The position numbers and the translations under genes are program-made. The notes beneath the pieces are model-generated. The model was not told the origin of the DNA. It searched no databases and saw nothing but the letters and a program-made list of their open reading frames with translations. Below are positions 22,934-34,041 of a DNA stretch of 34,451 nucleotides, one piece after another. How positions within the stretch are numbered: position 1 is the stretch's first letter; each line of letters opens with the position of its first letter. Source of the DNA: Octopus bimaculoides (taxonomy: Eukaryota); NCBI RefSeq assembly GCF_001194135.2, contig NC_068981.1:22165386-22199836 (forward strand). The letters are read 5' to 3'.

Positions 22934-22982
<49 letters not shown>

Positions 22983-23135
22983 TGATGGGCTTCTTTTCAG
23001 TTTCCATCAACCAAATCCACTCCCAAGGCTTTGGTTGGCCTAAGATTATAGTAGAAGGCACGAGCCCAAGGTTCCATGCAATGGGACCGAACCTGGAACC
23101 ACGTAGTTGGGAAGCAAACTTCTCATCGCACAGAC
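22562..23135 (-). mobile_element. SINE family A copy split by an RTE 3'-end insertion in its internal (TA)n
   Basis: Tail at ~22562-22735 and head/core at ~22985-23135, both on the minus strand, with the RTE tail at 22760-22934 between them. Confidence 0.75.
22760..22934 (-). mobile_element. 5'-truncated RTE-type LINE 3' end inserted in (TA)n
   Basis: Two differences from the 6764/18027 copies over 92 bp; flanked by (TA)n on both sides. Confidence 0.75.
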
Positions 23136-23273
23136 ACTCTTTCATGTGCGTGTGTAGACATATATACATAAAAGTAAATGGATCCTCTGTCACTTATAAC
23201 AGAGAATATTCAATCACAGTATTAGCATGTAAGTAGCTGAGTACTCTAAAACATGTGTACCCTTAATGTAATG

Positions 23274-23353
23274 GATAGAATCAATGTGACACAGGATAAA
23301 ATCAATGTGACACAGGATAGAATCAATGTGACACAGGATAGAATCAATGTGAC
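23274..23353. repeat. 21-bp minisatellite GATAGAATCAATGTGACACAG x3.8
   Basis: Units start at 23274, 23295, 23316 and 23337, with one substitution. Confidence 0.9.
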
Positions 23354-23659
23354 CCTAGCTGGTCCTTCGAATTAGAGCCATTGTCCATTCAACAAGCTCC
23401 CACATAGATTCCATGTACCCAAGGTTTCACTCATAAAGAAAAAAATGCCATTAGTGAGATTCAACACAGAACCTCCTGATTGTGAAGTGAGCTTCTTAAC
23501 CATTTGGCACCATAGACACACACACAATGTATGTACGTATGTACGTACGTACATACATACATCACTGTTTATGTGGAAATTATGTGTGCTTGTTAGTATT
23601 CTTCAGGTTTTCACATCAATGGCTCAGATCTCATCAAGCATCCAATCAAGCAGCCCAAA

Positions 23660-24455
23660 TGCTTGAGTACTGGCACTGCAAACACATTGTGGGACACTGT
23701 TTTATTGAATGCAGAGAGTTCTGAGGTCCAAATTTTCTTTATTCGGCTGTAACATTCTTTAATGATATCCTTTTTGTTACAGGTGCCACTGTAAGATATA
23801 TTTTCACCCACCCCTAGATACCTGTAACATTCCTCATCAGATACAGGGGAAACAGTCAAATCATGAAGATGTTACTAGTCTGGCTTATAGTCTTCCCCCT
23901 TTTCACAATTATATAACAGCATTTATCCTACCAAACTCCAATCTTACATCCTTTGAGAATGTTGTAATTAGGTCAAGGCTCTTTTTCATCACATGCATAT
24001 TCTTTGCATAAAGTTTCAAGTCATCCACAAAGAAACAGTAATTTTGGTATTTCTGTTTTCTTATGAACCAGTGAAATATCCTTCAGATTTCCTTAACATG
24101 AATGACAAGGGGTTTACAGAAAGTATAAACAATATCACAGAGAGGTTGTCTCCTTGGAATAGGCCCTTGCGATATTGCATTCTATCGGTGAGAATGCATT
24201 CACTCTTTGTGTTTAATTTCAAGATGGTGGTCCACGATGAAGTCAGGTCAGCTATGGCTTTGACTATTCTCTCTGGAACTTTAACAAGTTGAAGGGCTTC
24301 TAGCATCCATGAGTGGGGAACAGAGTCAGAAGTGTTCTTGTAGTCTAGCGACATTGAAACTAGGTTCCTCCTATGCTCTCACACCTCTGACATCGCAGTT
24401 TTGTTGATTAACAATTGCTCAGCACATCCCCAGACCCCACTTCTTCCCAGCTGCT
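23660..24455 (-). pseudogene. R4/Dong-clade (RLE-type) non-LTR retrotransposon reverse-transcriptase remnant
   Basis: Motifs GVWGCAEQLLINK, SLDYKNTSDSVPHSW, KGLFQGDNLSVILF, FVDDLKLYAK, YRYLG and FAVPVL are in RT order, with stops and frameshifts. Confidence 0.8.
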
Positions 24456-24789
24456 TGTTCTGCTGTGATAATGTTATTGATTTCACAATGGTCATGTATG
24501 TATGTGTGTGTCTTTGTGTGTGTGTGTGTGTCTATTTATCTGCCTGTCTGTCTTACAACTTTATTGAAATATGACCACTTCTGTGTAGTACTGGTTTCAA
24601 TCATCTTAAAAACTGAAGAAAATAGTAGTGGATTCTCTATAGAAGATCATATAACCTCTAGCCTAAGCTATAGAAATTACATTACTGCAGTTAAAAATGA
24701 CATTGCTAAACATTAAGATTTCATTAGTCATTTAACTGCAAATCTAAGAAGTTGGCACTCAGCACATGGAAGATGGGCATCTACCAGAG

Positions 24790-25200
24790 TCTGTATGGCT
24801 TCAGAGAGAGCTGAAGGACAGGACATTTGTAGACTAACCAAGACCTTTGACACTGTCAGTTATGAATGGCTTTGGAAGATCATGGGTAAGTTTGGCTGCC
24901 TGGACAAATTCATCAGTATGGTGCAACTGATGGCGTGTTTGCTTGGATGCTGGACAATGGAGATTCTTCTGATGCATTCCCGGTCACTAACAGAGTCAAG
25001 CAGGGTTGTATACTCACACCTACACTGTTCAGCATGATGTTGGATGCCTTCTGCAACAACAGAACCAGCATGAAGATCAAATTCAAGACTGATGGCAGAC
25101 TCTTCAACCTGGGGAGGCAATAGACCAACAAAGTGGAAGAGGACTCAGTACATGACTTCCTGTTTGTAGACGACAGTCCGCTCAACACTGCCACAGAGGT
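24790..25200 (+). pseudogene. RTE-BovB-like reverse-transcriptase remnant
   Basis: FVDLTKTFDTVS..LWKIMGKFGC, NGDSSDAFPVTNRVKQGCILTPTLFS, KFKTDGRLFNL and DFLFVDD motifs, with frameshifts. Confidence 0.85.
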
Positions 25201-25499
25201 CCAGATATATACATATATATACATACATACACACATTCTTTCTATTTTATTGATGTGTGGGAAAAACAAAGGGAGAGAGACTCCTGAGGGATGATTTCAT
25301 GGTTTGTTGACTGCTCCTTAGATAAGACATACCCAGGTTCATTCTTCAATCACTATGTAAAGCAGGCATAAAATAGGCTAGCACCAAAGTGGATTGTCTA
25401 ATTTGCATACTTGTAATTTTGACATTTCATCACTAGTTTATGTTCAATACAGTGTAGACTGATAACTGTGGAAGACATAAACAGAAATGAATCCAAATA

Positions 25500-25693
25500 T
25501 TGGTTTCAAATTTTGGTACAAGACCAGTAAGTTAATTCCATTGATCCGCCCTAGTGCTCAAATGGTACTTATTTTATTGACCCCAAAAGGATAAAAGGCA
25601 AAGTCAACCTCAGCGGTATTTGAACTCAGAACAAAGAGGCAGCCAAAATGCCGTTAAGCATTTAGTGTGCTAACAGTTCTACCAGCTCACCAC
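25500..25693 (-). mobile_element. SINE family D (MetaSINE-like)
   Basis: GGTACTTATTTTATTGACCCCAAAAGGATAAAAGGCAAAGTCAACCTCAGCGGTATTTGAACTC, same family as 7935-8117. Degenerate plus-strand copies lie near 1255-1365 and 16090-16250. Confidence 0.65.
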
Positions 25694-25849
25694 TTTAATA
25701 AATCTAAATATTAAAAAGATTCACTGTGGGTGTAATATAAATGTAAGTACCTTCTTTCTTTATTATTGATGGAATAAAGGAGGAACCATCTTGGCTATTT
25801 CATCACAGTGAGCTTTTGTAATATCTAAATTTCTTTCATGAGACATTAA

Positions 25850-26069
25850 CCCTTTCATTATCAACCTGGCTGAAACTGACTCTTGCTCTGAATACAAATG
25901 TCTTGTTTTCATAAGTTTTGAATTAAAATCTTCCACCAAACCTTAGTCACAATTTATGTTCCTAACACTAGCTGAATGATAACTGAGTTATTTTACTAAA
26001 TTCTTTGTTATATTTAAAGTAATTCAAAGAAACACAGAGCATCTCAAAATAAATACAGTAATGAAAGGG
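25850..26069. mobile_element. piggyBac-type MITE (220 bp)
   Basis: TTAA at 25846-25849 and 26070-26073; TIRs CCCTTTCATTA (25850-25860) and TAATGAAAGGG (26059-26069). Confidence 0.8.
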
Positions 26070-26212
26070 TTAACTTAAGACAAGCTGTCAAAAGCACAAG
26101 CAAGCAAATCAGACTATCTTTTAATGTGCTACTCAATATATATGTGGTGTGTTATGGTGTGGAGAAACGTGTGAAGAGATGGGAGGCTGGATGTATATTT
26201 GAAGGTTTAAAA

Positions 26213-26450
26213 CAGTGGTTTTTCAACAGGGGTTCATATGGCTGATAAGGGTGCATATAAAATTTTGTTGTTAAAATTCATCAGCAATTAATTAGTCATA
26301 TTTCTACAATAAATTATTTTAAATATAATACCTAATAATATTTAACTACACAAATATAGGATTTTTTAAACATTGAATGGCTATGAGGGTCCTGTAAAGT
26401 AAGACAGGAATCAAAGGGATCCATAGGCAGAAAATGGTTGAGAACGACTT
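26213..26450. mobile_element. hAT (Charlie/Buster-type) MITE
   Basis: Ends CAGTGGTTTTTCAAC and GGTTGAGAACGACTT; candidate 8-bp TSD GTTTAAAA/GTTTAACC with central TA. Confidence 0.65.
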
Positions 26451-28493
26451 GTTTAACCCACAAAGCGCTGGGATTTGTACTTACATAGCTTGGGCTGCTG
26501 AGCACATTTTATGAAAATGAGACTGCCATGCACACATAAAAAACAAAAAAATAGTTAAAATATCTTCTTAGTATACAATAGTAGTAAGTTTTACATCATC
26601 TGAAAAGTCATTAGTTGAACTATTAGTCCTCTTGCATTATGGGGGTTATCGGAGCGTTTGAATGACATAAGACCCCACCAAACGCCCATAAATTAAATGC
26701 ATCTATCTGGGCCACGATCGTGGTCTGTCGACCTGTGCCTGACGGCCATGATCGTGGCCCGTCGTGCTTTGTGTGTTAAAGTCAGATGGTGTGTTTCAAT
26801 GTGTCTGTAAGTGTGCGCACATAGGAAGTGAGTAGTTATATCCACGTGCCAGTTTATGTGGGTGTATAGATGCATGGAGATAGTGTTATGTAGTGAGGTG
26901 TGTATAAGTGTAGTGCAATATGGAGTGAATGTAGAAGGACGAAATGCAATGTAGTAGGGTGGAGTTCGATTATCTTGACTAAACTATTTAATTCCGAAGG
27001 TGTGGAGGAGCAACTGAAGCAGAAAATAACACGTACATACATACACAGACATATATGTAAGTAGGCGAACATGTGTGCACATACATCGAAATATAATATA
27101 AACACTTGATAAGATTTATTCTAAACATTTACACGGTAATTTCGCATGTTTCAGATACCGAAAAAAAAAGCCAGAAGAATTATTTTCGGTGAATTAAGTT
27201 TGAATGAAGTCAAATAGTCATCCAAAACTTTCTATTAATCTATCAGTATATTTGTTTTACATGTGTATGTGTGTGTGACTTGATTTATGATACAACTAGA
27301 AAGATTAATAAAGTTTCTGAATTTGAAAGCAAAATTAGATCCTGCCATCACCACCACCTTCGCCTCTCCCACAATTAGGGAAAACAAAAACTAATTATGT
27401 TCTAAATGAGTCATTAAAGTACATCGGGTCTTGAATGATTATGCTGTTGAACTGTCAATGTTTCCCTTTCAAAATGATTTTCTTCTCAATTACCAAAGCT
27501 ATGAATGCATGTGTGTGTGTGAAGAATGAGAGGGCGAGTCGGGTATTTCAATGTGGAATATTTATGTAATTAAATTGAAGAATAGTTAGTTTATATATAA
27601 TTGAAAAAAGGATTCCGATACTATGTATGTGTATGCCACTTTGAAGGAAGAACCCATTAAGGTAAACTTAAATGTTCGCTCGACCTGTTAGAAAGAGCAG
27701 CTAAATTTTCATCAAATCTCTTCAACTCTCAATAAAGGAAAGACACTCTATCTACAATTCAAAGACATCTAAAATGTCTTTGACCATAGGATGTTCTATC
27801 AAGGTTGGCCTGGGTTAAACGAGGACACGTCGAGCCAGTGTAGGGGGCTCGACCTGCTAATTCGAACCAAATTTCACACAGTTCATATCCTAGTATCTTA
27901 AATAAGGAAAGAACACAGACACTGCATGTATGCATACCCCTAAAAGAGAGGAGATAGACTTTGATCCCGAATCTATATAACAGGGGTTGAGCATCAACAA
28001 CACCAGCTTGACTGGCATTCTTTCGTTAGAAGCGGCACAAAAGAAGGCCTGAAAGGCATTCTTAACAGTTCTCTTTAACTTCAGTTCATAAATATCCTCA
28101 AATAAAACTCACATAGCATATCAGACACAATTACATTTAAGTTTTAGAATAAATAGTTCAACACTTTAACTAAAGAACATACACCCACCGCTCGATGATC
28201 GATCCCTATTAGACGACGAATGTTGATACTATTTGTGCGACAGGATTGAAGTATACTATACTAACTTATGTACTGCTGACACCTCACTACCTGAAATAAA
28301 TAAATTCGAAAGAAACAACAAAACATTATTCTAACATCGAGGTATATATATATATGAATAACAAAACAGATCCCGGGTGAAGGTCTTCATATTGACCCAT
28401 ATCTTATTGTTTTTTTTTTACCCATCAAAGAAATATAAACAATAAGTTTCGGGTGGAATGCAAACAGGAAATACAAATTAAAGTTTCACTTAC

Positions 28494-29150
28494 CCCAAAC
28501 AGACCATTTTGCAAACCAAATGGAATTGGTGTGAGCCTAGCCAAAGCGATGACTTTGTATCCCTGGGGGCCTTCCACAACTTTAATGACAGCCTCTAGTT
28601 TTTTACTGTAAAATCTCACGGTTATACATCGACAGCAGGTCCTCAAAACTAAATAAGCAGTTGATACACCGACAGCCCCACATGTAAGTACAACAAAGAT
28701 GCCACGAAGGAAACCGTATACGTAACCTGTGGTTAACAACAGTAGAAAGTATCCCCAGGCAATGGGGAAGCTAACAAGTGTGTACATACATAGAAAGGCT
28801 AAGTAACTGACAATTGCATCTGTATGTTCTAGCCATAACAACATGTCTTTAACATAACTCTTGAAAAATATCAGCAGCAAACAGATTATTGAAATAACTG
28901 TCAATGAAACGATGGACATATGACCACAATTTGTGGCCGAAGGGTCGCTGTAAAAACTATCTTCAAGAACTGACTGTCCACTATTGAGATTTAGGGAATG
29001 ACGTGGAGAAGACGCTCCAGAAGAAGCAGAGGTGTTTGTCATCAATGAAGATTTACAAGGTGTTAGATTTTGCATCTTCGACATGTCCGAGCTCCCAGGC
29101 TGCTGAGAAAAGAAAACTTTTTCCAGCGAAGATAAATCTCCGAATATCAT
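28494..29150 (-). CDS. TMEM64: First coding exon (219 codons) of a TMEM64-like DedA/VTT (SNARE-associated) domain membrane protein
   Basis: The ORF has a Ser-rich N-terminus, hydrophobic helices and the family motifs LVSFPIAWGY, GYVYGF and ALARLTPIPFGLQNGLFG. An in-frame TAA lies immediately upstream of the ATG at 29150. A canonical GGG|GTAAGT donor (intron starts at 28493) follows GLFG in phase 0, so the ORF-track tail VSETL... is intronic read-through. The true start could be the later Met (MSKMQ). Confidence 0.9.
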
Positions 29151-29519
29151 TTATATAAAGTTGTGTGTAAGCGACTATAGATAAGTTCAAAGTCCCTTTA
29201 AACATATAACTTTAAATGAAAGAAAACAAAACAAAAAAACGGTCACTTGAAATTCATCGTTAACAATGGGTGTTCAATGGAAACCGTAATGTTTAGGAAA
29301 TAAATAAACAAATAAATAAATCACAATTATTCATTCATTAACTTGATGTCCATAAACTTTCCTCTGAAGTATATTCATGCTGGCATCAGTTTGTTAAAGA
29401 CAAAAAGTAAGTTTTCTAACATGTTCATGTTTACAGCGTTTTTATATAAACTCCCAGATTTTCACAACCGTTGATGTGGCTTGACACTTGATTTACTGTG
29501 TTAATGTGTGTATTTGAAA

Positions 29520-29720
29520 ATAATAAAGGTTCATCGCGTGATCCATATCAACAATACGTCTGTATAACATTTGTTGCTACCGACCTCATTCGGCGATTCG
29601 CTTCTTTCAGTTCCCTGGGCATTTGGATATCGCTTCGATGACAGGCAAAACTAATGTATCTTGTTATGATGCATCGTCATTACTTTTGCCTGTCATTACA
29701 GTTACGTGTGACGTAACGAG
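29520..29720 (-). promoter_or_regulatory. Probable promoter/5' region of the TMEM64-like gene (local CpG enrichment; palindrome GTTACGT-GTG-ACGTAAC at 29701-29717)
   Basis: CpG-enriched, repeat-free segment 370-570 bp upstream of the ATG in an otherwise CpG-poor window. It contains TGACGTAA, a CRE/ATF-like bZIP site. Confidence 0.45.
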
Positions 29721-30852
29721 TTATTTCCCTTAGTAAGCAGAATTTTTACCAATTCTGTTTCTCATCATAATAGTGTAACTAAGCAACATATCCACTGAGA
29801 ATTTTATTTAACTCTTTGCCAATCTCACACACCACATAATGTTTTATGAGTTAGATTGAAATGTTTGCGTATATTGAGAATATTTTTTTAATGCACTCTA
29901 ACATATGAATTATACATTTTTCATCCCAAATATATTTCTCAAATACAAAAGCCGAAATAAGTTTCTGAAATTGAAAGAGAAAAGAAAACTTTTGCTAAAA
30001 AAAAAAAGGCAGATTTAATAAATATAATGATTATATCATATTAAAGTGATATTTTCCATTTAAACTAAGATATTTTACCAATGTGTGAAAAACAATTGTT
30101 AATATATGTAGATTAAATTGTAAAAAATAAATTTTAATTGTAAAAATAATACAACAAAGGATCAAAGTGTTAATTATTTAATATTGAAACAAATCATGCA
30201 AAAAGTATCATTATTTATTTATTTATATCTTGGATTATTTTGTTTAACCTTTTCCTTGAGATTTTTATGATTATATGCTGCGGTAATTATTTTGAAACAG
30301 CAATGGTCTTAAATTCAAATTTGTTATAATCTTTTCCTGGAATTTTGCCTTCAGACCTTGCTCTAGTCCAGCATTTCTAAAAAGAAGTTGCTGCGAGGAC
30401 TGAAAAATGAGCAGACAATGTTTAACAAAATTAAGGTGGTTTTAATCATTTGAACCTTGTTCAAACAACATGGTGAAAAAAGATGGTTATATGGATGTAA
30501 ACTCTCTTTTGTCTTCTCATTAATAAAGAGAATGTAGTAGACTGGAATCACTAATATTGACGGTGGGGAAGGGGTATTTTTCAGCTTGAGACCCACTAAC
30601 CTTGTGGATAAGAGCATTGTTAACTCTAGTTTAGGAATAAATGTTTATAGTTTCATTCCACTCTGATATTATGGATACATCTTGGGCCTTACAAAGGCAA
30701 TGACCAAGACCTTTGGTATTATGTCATCTTTGTGAAGAAGACCCATCAAGCTGAGCAAAATCGCAGTTGTAACAGATACCAGTGTCATGCAAATGGTACC
30801 CGTACCAGTGGCATGTAAAAACACCCATTACACTCTCGGAGCAGTTGGTGTT

Positions 30853-31005
30853 TTCTTCCACATTTGAAGTGACCATGCCACTCAATACATTGCACATGAC
30901 CCATTGCCTCATTACCATAAGCTTGCTGAAGCATACTCAATGCCTCTGTAGCAGACTTTCCAAGCGTAACACAAAATTTCACATTGGCTTCTTGTTCATG
31001 TCCAT
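30853..31005 (-). pseudogene. Mariner transposase N-terminal HTH remnant
   Basis: KFCVTLGKSATEALSMLQQAYGNEAMGHVQCIEWHGHFKCGR matches the mariner pattern KFCxKLGKSATET..L..AYG..A.S...V.EW..RFK.GR. Confidence 0.85.
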
Positions 31006-31152
31006 GACAAAATCACAGCCTATAGCATACATGTAATCACAAAAGCACAAATTTCACATCTTGCGAAGTAAACACAGCAATGTCACTTGGCTTACTGCCT
31101 CATGAAGGGTCACCCTTAGCTCTCACTGCACACACAACTGTATGCTGCCATC

Positions 31153-31335
31153 TCTCTTTACTCTTTTTGCTCTTTCACTTGTTTCAGTCATTTGACTCTG
31201 GCCATGCTGGAGCACCGCCTTTAGTCGAGCAAATCAACCCCAGGACTTATTCTTTGTAAGCCAAGTACTTATTCTATCGGTCTCTTTTGCCAAACCGTAG
31301 GGGACAAACAGACACACAGACACACACACAAACAC

Positions 31336-31366
<31 letters not shown>

Positions 31367-31528
31367 CGAAGGGCTTCTTTCAGTTTCCGTCTACCAAATT
31401 CACTCACAAGGCTTTGGTCGGCCCGAGGCTATAGTAGAAAACTCTTGCCCAAGGTGCCATACAGTAAGACTGAACCCGAAACCATGTGGTTGGTAAGCAA
31501 GCTACTTACTACACAGCCACTCTTGTGC
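31153..31528 (-). mobile_element. SINE family A copy with a ~55-bp internal deletion in the tail
   Basis: Colinear with 7342-7774 but lacks the ...GTTACGGGGACGTAAACACACCAGCATCGGTTGTCAAGC... segment. Confidence 0.85.
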
Positions 31529-31661
31529 TATCTGTTGGTGCACTACAAAACTTTTTGACGCCACCTCATATATCACATGTAAAGCTGATCTACCTTTCAT
31601 CTACTCGTTGACCAGCTTTCCTCCTTCACTACATCTCCCCATTCACTTCAATCGTCTAATC

Positions 31662-31901
31662 CAGTGTCCTTATGACCCCTGGGGGTCCATATACAGTTTT
31701 GTTATTAAAATTTACATGCAATAAATTACTTATACTCCTACAACACACAAAATGTTCTAACAATGTTTTTTTTTTATACAATTCCTAATAATTTTTAATT
31801 ATAAAAATATAATAAAATGTTTTTAAACATCAAATAAAGGTCCAGTGAAGTAAAACAGGAATCAAAGAAATCCATGAGGAAAAAATGGTTAAGAATCACT
31901 G
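31662..31901. mobile_element. hAT MITE, same family as 26213-26450
   Basis: Shares the AAAC/AGACAGGAATCAAAG...ATCCAT...AAAATGGTT(G/A)AGAA..ACT end and an AT-rich body. Confidence 0.55.
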
Positions 31902-32639
31902 ATCAAACCTATCATCTTTATGAAGCTCATATTCTATGAAACTTGTATCCTATGAAGCTTTCTGATTGTGAATGGTTGTCTCTCATACCATCTCCATCTC
32001 TCTACCTCCTTCATCCTTTACTAAGCCTATTTATGAGCGATTATTTTGGTCCAGCCTTCAATTCATCAGTACTCACTTGCCCTTCTCCATCCATTTCTCT
32101 GCTCCATTTCGGTCCATCACCCAATCACTCATATCTCTCATCTGTCCATCCTCATCACTCGGCTTCTGCCCACCTTCTTTCCTCCATCTCTCCATTTACT
32201 TTAATTATCACCTTATCATTCACACCTCTCATCTCACCACCTGTGGGGCTTGCTCACCTACTATCATCCATCATTCCTTCTCTGGTTGTTGTTTTTCTCA
32301 CTGTTCTCCTCCAGTAGCTTCCCTACCACCTTAACTAACCCTCATCTCTCTTGTGTGTTGTATGTGTGTGTGTGTGTGTGTGTAAATATGTGTATGTATG
32401 CATACATGTAAATTATCATCATCATATACTCAGGCCTATTCCCTATTTTCTTTTTTAGGAGTAGGTAGCCACAGCAAGACACACATTCCATTCATTTCCC
32501 AGCTCAAAGGAGCAAGCCCCGTTCTATGCTTGGTTCAAGGCATAGAACACAACCCCCAATATCAGCAGCAGGGTCCAACAGCATATGCTGGTTTACCCCC
32601 ACCACAACATGCTGGTTCTGAACCCCTTTGAGCAACATC

Positions 32640-32870
32640 AAAATTCACTCATCCATCCACAAACGCTCCCCAAGCTTTCCTATCATTTATAAACTCTCCT
32701 GCCTCTCTCACTCTAACACCTCTAATTACCAAAGCTTTCCTCACTCCGTCCATCCACACAAACTGAGGTCTGCCTCTGGTTCTGCTGCCTACCACTTCAG
32801 CCTTCATCACCCTCATTATTATCTGCTCCTCATCCATTCTCTCCATGTAGTTAAATCACCTCAACATTTG
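32640..32870 (-). pseudogene. RTE-clade ORF2 C-terminal remnant
   Basis: ERMDEEQIIMRVMKAEVVGSRTRGRPQFVWMDGVRKAL is a typical RTE C-terminal GRP..W motif. Confidence 0.75.
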
Positions 32871-32989
32871 TCTATCCAATTTGGTTGTTAGTTTTCCTTT
32901 CATCCTTACTGGCAGAACTTCAGTATGTGGCCTGTACAACTTTTACAAGCCATTCATCTACCCCTAGCTTCCTCAGAGCCCACCATATC

Positions 32990-33245
32990 ACACAGCAGGA
33001 TACTCTGTCAAAGGTTTTCTCCTAACCTACAAATGCCAACTACAATGGTTTATTTTTAGCCAAATACTTCTCCTGCAGTTACCTGACTATAAAGATGGTG
33101 TCAGTAGTACTTCTTCCCAGATCAAAGCCAAACTGCATTTCACCTATTCTGATTCTGTTCCAAATTAACTGGGCTATAACCCTTTCTGTAACCTCCATGA
33201 CCTGATCCAGCAATTTGATGAGTTTGTAGTTATTTCTATCTAAAC
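32990..33245 (-). pseudogene. RTE reverse-transcriptase remnant (older copy)
   Basis: LDRNNYKLIKLLDQVMEVTERVIAQL...EMQFGF..GRSTTDTIFIVR*LQEKYLAKNKPL*LAFVG*EKTFDRV. Confidence 0.8.
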
Positions 33246-33261
33246 TTTTCTAGAGGAACAT

Positions 33262-33972
33262 AACTATGATTTGCTTGGATAATTGGAATTACAAGAATTC
33301 AATCAAATGCTAGCTTATTTGACAGACATTTTCACTTGTATGAATGATCTGAGTCTATCTCTTCAAGGAAAAAACATAAACATATTGAAATGTTGTGCAA
33401 AGCTAAATGCCTTCAAAGAAAAGTTAGCTCTTTGGTGTTGATGAGTGAAAAGAAGGAATCTTTCAAAGTTTCCATCACTTGAAGAAACAGTCGATGATAA
33501 TGAATCTGTAATTCCTAGTGTGGGTGAAGAAACTGTGGCTCATTTGGAAATGTTGTCAAAGTTGTTTGATGGATATTTTGCAGTAGGAAAACTGGAAACT
33601 TCTGAAGAATGGATTATGAATCTATACTCCTTCAAATTGGATAATATGTCAGATGGTAGAGAGCTGAAGGAGGATCTTATTGAACTGTGTCCAAGTTGTG
33701 TCCTTGAAATGCAATTTGAAAGCAAGACTTTGGAAGAGTATTGGTGTTCAGCTATGGATGTGTTTCCAAGACTTTGTGAAAAAGCACTAGCTGCACTCAT
33801 CCCATACGCGACGACATACATATGTGAGTCTTAGTTTAATACTCTTTTATCAATCAAGATAAAACCTAGAAACCACTTGAATGCACAGGCAGACATGTGG
33901 ATTGCTATCAGCAATATAATGCCATGTTTTGAAGAACTCATAACCTAGAAACAGGAACAGAAGAGTAATTAA
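33262..33972 (+). pseudogene. hAT transposase C-terminal remnant (Buster/Charlie; ZBED5/ZBED8/FAM200-like) with dimerisation domain
   Basis: LAYLTDIF..MNDLSLSLQGKN, AFKEKLALW, EDLIEL, TLEEYW, LCEKAL..LIPYATTYICES*FNTL and KPRNHL motifs, with several stops. Confidence 0.88.
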
Positions 33973-34041
33973 ATTTAAATTCATTTATGAATGCTTAAGC
34001 GTTAGTCCTTTCACTTTTTTAATTTGTGAAAAATAAAATTT

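Noticed and set aside
28425-28493. C-terminal VSETLICISCLHSTRNLLFIFL of the 241-aa ORF
   Set aside because: It lies after a consensus GTAAGT donor and is intronic read-through.
30355-30620. Plus-strand exon of a divergent gene after a strong acceptor at ~30354
   Set aside because: All three frames hit stops within ~16 codons and there is no recognisable homology; it could still be non-coding.
31943-32334. 124-aa and 120-aa Ser/Leu/Pro/His-rich ORFs
   Set aside because: CT-rich low-complexity sequence, probably decayed LINE antisense, with no family motif.
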